From the IMG/VR virus record IMGVR_UViG_3300042455_001086, positions 124,001-188,000 of that record: 64,000 bases of DNA. One strand, written 5' to 3'. A model generated the notes under the pieces. It saw nothing but the letters and a program-made list of their open reading frames with translations. It ran no database searches and was not told the DNA's origin. Positions 57,466 to 64,000 of this stretch are shown here, in pieces. A program made the position numbers and the translations under genes. The stretch's first letter is position 1, and each line of letters starts with the position of its first letter.

Positions 57466-60400
57466 TTAATTACCACCTGATAGAATATTATTTAAGTCAT
57501 TTGCAAATTCTTGAGGTGTAAAATCAATTGCATCAGGACCACAAATATCAGTAGTTACAGATTTATTTAAAATAGCACTCCAACCATAATTCCATAAACC
57601 TACATTTTGTGAAACATAAACATTTGCTATAGGATATGTTATAGAATTAAAACTAGCATCAAAGTTTGTACCTAAAGCTGAAGATAATTCAGCTGAAGAT
57701 ATATTTGAACTATTTGTTGTAGCAGCATACGCGTGAAGTAAAAAGTTTTTAGCACTACTAGCTAAATCATTTGCTGGATAAATTACTCCTTTAAAATAAT
57801 CCCAATGAGTATTATAATCACTTACAAAATTTGCATGATCATAAGTCCATCCACCATAAGGAAAAGGATATGCTGTTGGTTGTAGTACATCATTTGTTAA
57901 TGAAGGAGGTAAATCTGATCCGTGATACCTACTGTCACTTTCATTAACAAATGCAATAAATAAAATTGAAGTTGGTGCAACCCAACTTGGTGTATTCCAA
58001 TTTGGAGGAATTACTGCTCCTATGGTTGTACCATCGGCAGGATTTAACCATGTTATAGTATTAGCATAAGAAGGTTTTGTACCTAATTTAATACTTCTAG
58101 GAAGCCCTAAATAATCTTCTGGTTGAAGATATTCAAATAAATATAAATTACCAGTATAATTTGGATTTGCTAATTGATAATTACTAAACCATTGTGAAAT
58201 ACTTTGAGCTAATACGAGTTTATTCCGAGTAGCACAATTAAAGGCATAGGGTCCTGATGTTATATCTATATAAGCATATACATCAGTTGTATTTGGTAAT
58301 GGTGGAATTGGTGTAGGAGTTGGTGTAGGAGTTGGTGTAGGAGTTGGTGTAGGAGTTGGTATTGGTCCACAATAAAGACAAGAAATGTCATATTCTATCA
58401 CCAAATTAACAATTACTTTTGCGTCAGATAGTAAATTTACATTACTTGGGTTACAATCTGTACCACTAATACAATTCGTAAATATTTGTATTGTGTTTTT
58501 AGTTTCATCAATAATAACTTCACCTATCCCTTCAAAACCTTCCAATGTGTCAACAAGAATTGTGATCCAGTCTTGATCTGAAGGATAATCATTTAAACCG
58601 TTTGATGTGTAAAAAGGAACTGTTTCCAAGTCGCCATCAACAGTTACTTCTAATATAAATTGAGCATCATTTAATATACAATCTGTATAATCAAAAGTTA
58701 AATCATAATAACCTTCATTATACATTTGAAATATTCCTCTTTTCCCTGATATACCGAGACTTTGGAAGTTTGAATCACAAATATTAAAAACTTGATATGA
58801 TGACACCAAACTTGTTCCTTGTAATGTTGTTGATTTGGAATACGAACAACCTTTACTATCGGTAACTTGTAAGGTATAAACACCTGGTGATAAACCGGTA
58901 ACTAAAAGCCCAGTTTGAGAACCCACATTTGGGCTCCAAGAATATGTAAATGTTGGTTCACCATTATATATTAAAACTTCAATTTCACCATTATTACCAG
59001 TTGTTGGTTGTGTTACTAAAAAATCAAAAAACACACCACTTGATGGTGATATATTAAATGTTTTTGTTTGTGAACAACCATTATTATCTGTTACTGTTGC
59101 GGTATATGTTCCGGATGCTAGGTTGTTGAATTGTGTTTGTGATGATGGTGGTTGACCAGTAATTTGATATGTGTATGGTAATGCACCACCAGGACTTGCT
59201 GTAATCTTTACAGAACCATTATTAAGACCACAAGTTGTTCCGGTTGTGGCTGCCGATATTGTAAATAAAATAATATTTGTTATTGTAATCGTCTTTGTAT
59301 ATGTACAAGTCCCATCTGTAATTGTTAAGGTATATGTCCCCGATGCTAAATTATTAAATGAAAAATTAACAAGTGTTGTTGTTTGTGAATTCGTATTACC
59401 AAGAGAATCTGTCAGTGTGTATATAAAAGTTCCTCCAGCAACACCATTATTTAAAACAATATTAACACTACCATTATTACCACAACTTGAATTTACAGTA
59501 TTTACTGATGTTACAAAAAATGAGTTTGGTGTTGATAATGTGGTTGAGTTTGTAATACTACAAAGACCGGCATCTTGAACGAAAACTGAAAAATTTCCTG
59601 GGTTTAAATTTGTGAAAGTATATGTTTGCGAATAAGTAACGATTGTCTGACCGTTGCTACCACTAAAATAATATGGTGCTGTACCATCAACAACCGTAAC
59701 ACTAACTTCACCGTTATTTGTAAAACAACTTGGTGGTGTTGTAATAAAAGAACCAAATTTAATTGGTGGAACATTATTAACTGTTACTGTTTTAATTAAC
59801 TCACACCCTTTTGAATCGGTTACTGTAACCGAATATACACCAGGTAATAAGTTTTCTACCGATGATGAAGTTTCACCATTAGACCACAAATATGTAAATG
59901 GTGCGTTTCCAGTTAAACCAGTTATGAATATTTTTCCATTACCAGCCGCAGAAACACAATTGGCATCATTTACAACATAAAACCCATAATTTATCGGTGT
60001 TGATGAATATATAATACAAGATTCCGATCTTCCAGAACAACCACCACCATCATTTGCAACAACATAATAGGTGTCGGCCGATAGTCCGTTAAATATGTAA
60101 TTATTTGGAACCCCAGTTGCCGAATCATATAAATTATTTGATATATTATATAAATAAAAATCGGCTGAGCCATATATACTCTGTGTTGTTGCTGTAATTG
60201 ATCCGTTATTTGCACCACAAAAAGTTCCTTCAACATTTAGTGAAACACAAGTTCCAGATGATATATATACCGGAACTATTTCACTATCAAAAGCCGAATC
60301 TGTAATTTCAACAAAATAACTACCAGCCGGTAAATTATTAACCCGATATACACTTGTTGTTGCTGATGTTGGTAATAACCCACTTGTTGAGATTTCGCTA

Positions 60401-60507
60401 ACCGCCCAACCCGGACTATCACCAGTAATATTAAAAAATACTTGCCCAAGACCGGAATTAGTACAATCCCCAGTTATAGAATAATTATTTATTGTTATTA
60501 CACCCAT
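57466..60507 (-). CDS. SprB-repeat tail fibre/adhesin-like protein
   Basis: about seven SprB-type repeats (PFTYLWSNG..LLPGVYSVTVTDSKGC), PT linker, distinct C-terminal domain. Confidence 0.85.
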   Translation of the reverse strand: MGVITINNYSITGDCTNSGLGQVFFNITGDSPGWAVSEISTSGLLPTSATTSVYRVNNLPAGSYFVEITDSAFDSEIVPVYISSGTCVSLNVEGTFCGANNGSITATTQSIYGSADFYLYNISNNLYDSATGVPNNYIFNGLSADTYYVVANDGGGCSGRSESCIIYSSTPINYGFYVVNDANCVSAAGNGKIFITGLTGNAPFTYLWSNGETSSSVENLLPGVYSVTVTDSKGCELIKTVTVNNVPPIKFGSFITTPPSCFTNNGEVSVTVVDGTAPYYFSGSNGQTIVTYSQTYTFTNLNPGNFSVFVQDAGLCSITNSTTLSTPNSFFVTSVNTVNSSCGNNGSVNIVLNNGVAGGTFIYTLTDSLGNTNSQTTTLVNFSFNNLASGTYTLTITDGTCTYTKTITITNIILFTISAATTGTTCGLNNGSVKITASPGGALPYTYQITGQPPSSQTQFNNLASGTYTATVTDNNGCSQTKTFNISPSSGVFFDFLVTQPTTGNNGEIEVLIYNGEPTFTYSWSPNVGSQTGLLVTGLSPGVYTLQVTDSKGCSYSKSTTLQGTSLVSSYQVFNICDSNFQSLGISGKRGIFQMYNEGYYDLTFDYTDCILNDAQFILEVTVDGDLETVPFYTSNGLNDYPSDQDWITILVDTLEGFEGIGEVIIDETKNTIQIFTNCISGTDCNPSNVNLLSDAKVIVNLVIEYDISCLYCGPIPTPTPTPTPTPTPTPTPIPPLPNTTDVYAYIDITSGPYAFNCATRNKLVLAQSISQWFSNYQLANPNYTGNLYLFEYLQPEDYLGLPRSIKLGTKPSYANTITWLNPADGTTIGAVIPPNWNTPSWVAPTSILFIAFVNESDSRYHGSDLPPSLTNDVLQPTAYPFPYGGWTYDHANFVSDYNTHWDYFKGVIYPANDLASSAKNFLLHAYAATTNSSNISSAELSSALGTNFDASFNSITYPIANVYVSQNVGLWNYGWSAILNKSVTTDICGPDAIDFTPQEFANDLNNILSGGN
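58308..58360. repeat. perfect 12-bp tandem repeat encoding a (PT)n linker
   Basis: (TTGGTGTAGGAG)x4. Confidence 0.85.
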
Positions 60508-63500
60508 TATCCGTTACACAATATTTTAAAATTTATCCCTACATTGAATTCCAAATTATTATTCATATTTAGTGGAATACAATTATTACTATATATTACA
60601 ATTTTCCCACTATTTTGATTAATTATAAAACTTAATCCATAAAGTTGTAGTTCATCACTTGAACTATTAACCCCTTCAATCCATTTGTTAGGTGTTGGGA
60701 AACTAAGACCTTCAACCAAATACCCTGTACCACTAAAAAATGGAACAGATGCTACTACACTATTATTTAGTCTTACATCAACAAACCAATTAGTGGTAAT
60801 TGAATTTAAAACACAATCATTTGTTAGATCGTAACCATTTGTCACTAAATATGATTCTATAACATTCATTAAAACAACACCAAAAGAATTTATTGCAGGA
60901 TTTGAACCCCAAGGATATAATGGACATTCAACAGATTGAACTGGACAATCATATGCAAATAATTGTCCGACAAGAGAACAAGGCTTACAAGGAACTGGAA
61001 TAATTTGACAACCAGCTTGTCTTCTCCACACAAATTTTTGTCTATGAAAAATTGAGTTTTCATATTTAACTCCGGTATTCCAGATTGTTGTTGCTGGAAC
61101 CATTTGTTCAATAAGTCTAATCCAATAATCACCTAGTCCGTGAACATAATCAATCATTGTTTGGTATGTGAAATTATCATTTGGAATGTTAATTGTTTGT
61201 TCTGATTCCAAATATTTCCAATAAATTGACTGTAATGTTGGGTAACCCCCAGTTTTTCCATCAGTTATATATTGTCTATTTCTTACATTTATCATATTTC
61301 TCCAGAAAGTCTGGGCAAATTCAAAAAATGTTTTTTGTTTTGGTTTTGGGACGATTTCTGTCCAATCTATACCACCTCTCATAGGATATGGTGTGTTTGG
61401 GTTTGGATTACAACAAGTTGGTTCAACATAGTGTAACCCTTCGTTTGGTATTGGATAGTTGTAAATTCTTGACATATTCCAAACATCATAAACCAACCCT
61501 TGGGCTGGGTTCATGTGTATATCAGCATTTTTAACATTGATTGTTAATCTTTCATCACCAACTTCATAATACGCATTAAAATTACCATCAAAACTTTGTC
61601 TTAATGTTGATTCTTCGTCCGTCCAACTTTTTTTATTATCTACGGTTCTTCTCAATCTATACCCCAAATCCATATATGGAAACTTTCTATATCTTTGAAG
61701 ATATTGTTCTCCGTAGTTAAATGGAAGTAGTGTTGTTTGAAAATCTTGATTTGAACCGGTAAATACACTATTTGTTGAATCAACCTTTTCTGGCATTCTA
61801 TGTTTTGGTGTCGATTCAAACCATCCACCACCTATTTGATAATAAAACGAATCGGTTGCTTGTGGCATACTTGGGTAACCATCATCATCGAGAGGATAAT
61901 CTTCAATAACCGAATCAACATTTGATGATATTGTTTGTGTTGTAATACCGGTATATGTTTTTCCCATTACCGAATAAACATCCGTTGTATCAAGAACTGG
62001 TAATTCTTGATTATAAGTTCCACCTGAAATTAAACTATATTGTTTATCAAAATCATCTATACTTATTTTTTGATCCGCAACATAGATATATTCATTAAAT
62101 TCAACTAAAGCTTCTGGTGCTCCAATTAACCTAAGTAAAATTTCAATGGATTTTCTTGTTCCCTTTGATTTAAAAAGATATGCCGAATTTAATATTAAGT
62201 TCCTATAATATTGGTAATTTAATTCTTCTGGTGTTTGTCCAATCCCAACACCGGAAAATTGATTTGACCCGTTTGAAAATACAGAATCCAATAAATTTTG
62301 TTCTGTAATTGGTGAAATATTTGTATTCCACCCCAATGTTTGAGCAAGATTTTTTAATAATTGTGATGGTATATCATTTTTTACAATATAATGGACATTA
62401 TTCATATTTGGTAATGCCAATATGAATTTCATAGATTCATCAAAACTCCTACCATATATTTGTAGGACTTTTTCCATTTTTTGATCATCAGTATCAAATT
62501 CTTTAAACGCCCCAGTTGTTAAAAACCTTGAAACAAGATTGGTTCTATATCTATCCAAACTTGTGGCAAATTCATTTAATTGTGTTAGATAAGCATCAAA
62601 AGATGATGATGTGATGTCTAGGTTCCAAACACCGTTTTTTGGAAATGTTAAATTTTGATTTGTAAGATAATATGTTCCATCTTCATCTTCAACCGATATA
62701 ACAAATTTTGCGGTATATTGTGGGACAGAACTCCTATCAAGTAAAAATTTTTCAACTTCATCAAAATCTTCATTAAAAACCTTTGAAACATAATAATCAC
62801 TTGGTCTTACTACAATTTGTTGAAATGATGTTTGGTTCCCGGAAAAAGGATTCCCTTCTACCGATAATTCAAGAACTGTTGAATTTGAACTAGTTGGTGA
62901 AAACCCAATTATTTTATATGGACTATCATCAACATAAACAACATAGCTCTGGAAATTTTTTGTAAAATTTCTTAATGGTGATACAACAACATCACTTACT
63001 TCAAGATTTCTTGTTGCGTTTGTGGTATAATCAATATCAAATGGATTTCTTATTACAGTTAAAGGAATTTCAAAGTTTGTAATATCTTCAACTTGGTCAT
63101 ATACGATATTCTGTGCAGTTTGATTTGTCGTAAAATCACCAGCAATTGATAATGCTTCAAGTCCTGCTGGAAAGAAGTTAATTATATTTGTAATTGACGC
63201 TGATACTCTTTTTACTAATGAACCATAAAGAGTAAAATTTGTTACTTGTGATAAATCAAAATTTGGATAAACTCTAAAATTATTTGCTTGTATTAACCTT
63301 GATTGTGTTACACTTTCAATATTTAATGTATCCAAATTTATTGGGTCAGAAAATGTCCCAATATTAAAATTCCTATTTTGTTTTTCGTTAAGATTTTCGG
63401 TAAATTCAAAATTACCTTGGGTAAAACCTCCCCCATCAACAAGTTGGAATCCTACCAAATTGTCTGAAAATGTTCCAGCGCCAGATGCTGTTTGTGGGGG

Positions 63501-63524
63501 ACATGTATATTTCTTTAAAGCCAT
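60507..63524 (-). CDS. baseplate wedge-like structural protein
   Basis: LLKNLAQTLGW...YLFKSKGTRKSIEILLRLIG, similar to P2 gpI-type wedge motif. Confidence 0.7.
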   Translation of the reverse strand: MALKKYTCPPQTASGAGTFSDNLVGFQLVDGGGFTQGNFEFTENLNEKQNRNFNIGTFSDPINLDTLNIESVTQSRLIQANNFRVYPNFDLSQVTNFTLYGSLVKRVSASITNIINFFPAGLEALSIAGDFTTNQTAQNIVYDQVEDITNFEIPLTVIRNPFDIDYTTNATRNLEVSDVVVSPLRNFTKNFQSYVVYVDDSPYKIIGFSPTSSNSTVLELSVEGNPFSGNQTSFQQIVVRPSDYYVSKVFNEDFDEVEKFLLDRSSVPQYTAKFVISVEDEDGTYYLTNQNLTFPKNGVWNLDITSSSFDAYLTQLNEFATSLDRYRTNLVSRFLTTGAFKEFDTDDQKMEKVLQIYGRSFDESMKFILALPNMNNVHYIVKNDIPSQLLKNLAQTLGWNTNISPITEQNLLDSVFSNGSNQFSGVGIGQTPEELNYQYYRNLILNSAYLFKSKGTRKSIEILLRLIGAPEALVEFNEYIYVADQKISIDDFDKQYSLISGGTYNQELPVLDTTDVYSVMGKTYTGITTQTISSNVDSVIEDYPLDDDGYPSMPQATDSFYYQIGGGWFESTPKHRMPEKVDSTNSVFTGSNQDFQTTLLPFNYGEQYLQRYRKFPYMDLGYRLRRTVDNKKSWTDEESTLRQSFDGNFNAYYEVGDERLTINVKNADIHMNPAQGLVYDVWNMSRIYNYPIPNEGLHYVEPTCCNPNPNTPYPMRGGIDWTEIVPKPKQKTFFEFAQTFWRNMINVRNRQYITDGKTGGYPTLQSIYWKYLESEQTINIPNDNFTYQTMIDYVHGLGDYWIRLIEQMVPATTIWNTGVKYENSIFHRQKFVWRRQAGCQIIPVPCKPCSLVGQLFAYDCPVQSVECPLYPWGSNPAINSFGVVLMNVIESYLVTNGYDLTNDCVLNSITTNWFVDVRLNNSVVASVPFFSGTGYLVEGLSFPTPNKWIEGVNSSSDELQLYGLSFIINQNSGKIVIYSNNCIPLNMNNNLEFNVGINFKILCNG

Positions 63525-64000
63525 TATCCAGTTATGTTATTGAAAGCTTTGCTAAAATCAATATTATTACCTCTATCCTGTCTTACTTCATAAAGTAAAT
63601 TATTAAATTGATCTCTAATTTCGTATAAGTTGTATTGTTTGTAGATGTTGTTTCCACTATCGTAAATTGTGTAAATACCATCATCCATAGATTTAGTTTG
63701 ATTACCATAAAGAGCAATTGCAAGTGTAGAAATATCCTGATCCACAATTTCAATTTCAGTTGTGATTGGATTAAAATAGGTATTTGTTATAATAATATTT
63801 TGGTTTGGTTGTCCGATAAATGGTGTTGCGTTTGGTTTATTTGTTGGTGATGACGATGGTGATAATGTGCAAAAAAGTAAGTTTGAAGTTCCTTCAACAT
63901 AGATATATCTAATTGATTTTTGACTTGTATTTGTCAAATTTTGAACCACTGGCTCACAATAAAAAGATGATGTAATAATCCTAAAGAAGTTGGGAATTTT
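63524..64000 (-). CDS. structural protein, 5'-truncated by window end
   Basis: reading frame appears to continue past the window. Confidence 0.65.
   Translation of the reverse strand, partial: KIPNFFRIITSSFYCEPVVQNLTNTSQKSIRYIYVEGTSNLLFCTLSPSSSPTNKPNATPFIGQPNQNIIITNTYFNPITTEIEIVDQDISTLAIALYGNQTKSMDDGIYTIYDSGNNIYKQYNLYEIRDQFNNLLYEVRQDRGNNIDFSKAFNNITG

Noticed and set aside
886-63850. Many 60-145-aa ORFs antisense to or nested in long genes (e.g. 7128..7460, 19204..19641, 33827..34189, 59171..59578)
   Set aside because: They are shadow ORFs of well-supported genes, with biased composition and no motifs.
1-64000. CRISPR array, tRNA or rRNA genes
   Set aside because: I saw no regularly spaced 25-45-nt repeats with spacers and no cloverleaf with a T-loop in the intergenic gaps; tRNAscan would be needed to be certain.
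1-64000. Stop-codon reassignment
   Set aside because: Conserved genes are full length in the standard code and end in TAA, TAG or TGA.

Overview
This is a very AT-rich (roughly 28% GC by eye), densely coding 64-kb segment of a large (jumbo-type) tailed phage genome. The host is probably a Bacteroidota member: there are many TTTG-N19/20-TAnnTTTG promoters, SprB repeats, an Hc1-like protein and a Bacteroidota-style sigma-70. Genes read in the standard code and mostly on the minus strand. 1-17 kb: accessory/early genes, including a dispersed RNA-repair set (RNA ligase, PNK-like kinase, three HAD phosphatases, cyclic-phosphate receiver domain, metallophosphoesterase), an Smr domain and an AAA+ ATPase. 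17-36 kb: redox and chaperone genes, lysis-like genes and a family of probable head-packaged proteins sharing an N-terminal motif and a TATTTAT upstream element. 36-48 kb: DNA methyltransferases, a putative type II R-M pair, sigma factor, SbcCD, nuclease and primase. 48-64 kb: RuvC and tail/baseplate proteins with Pro-Thr linkers and shuffled modules. The most novel signals are non-coding. (i) A DIP1984/DUF6847-like gene is co-transcribed with a ~160-nt RNA closed by a long stem and carrying seven 7-8-nt repeats (3.69-4.33 kb). (ii) Two independently promoted and terminated sRNA candidates (35.35-35.51 and 36.19-36.40 kb) share a ~45-nt hairpin/pseudoknot motif with a compensatory change. All family assignments come from motif recognition by eye; no searches were run.
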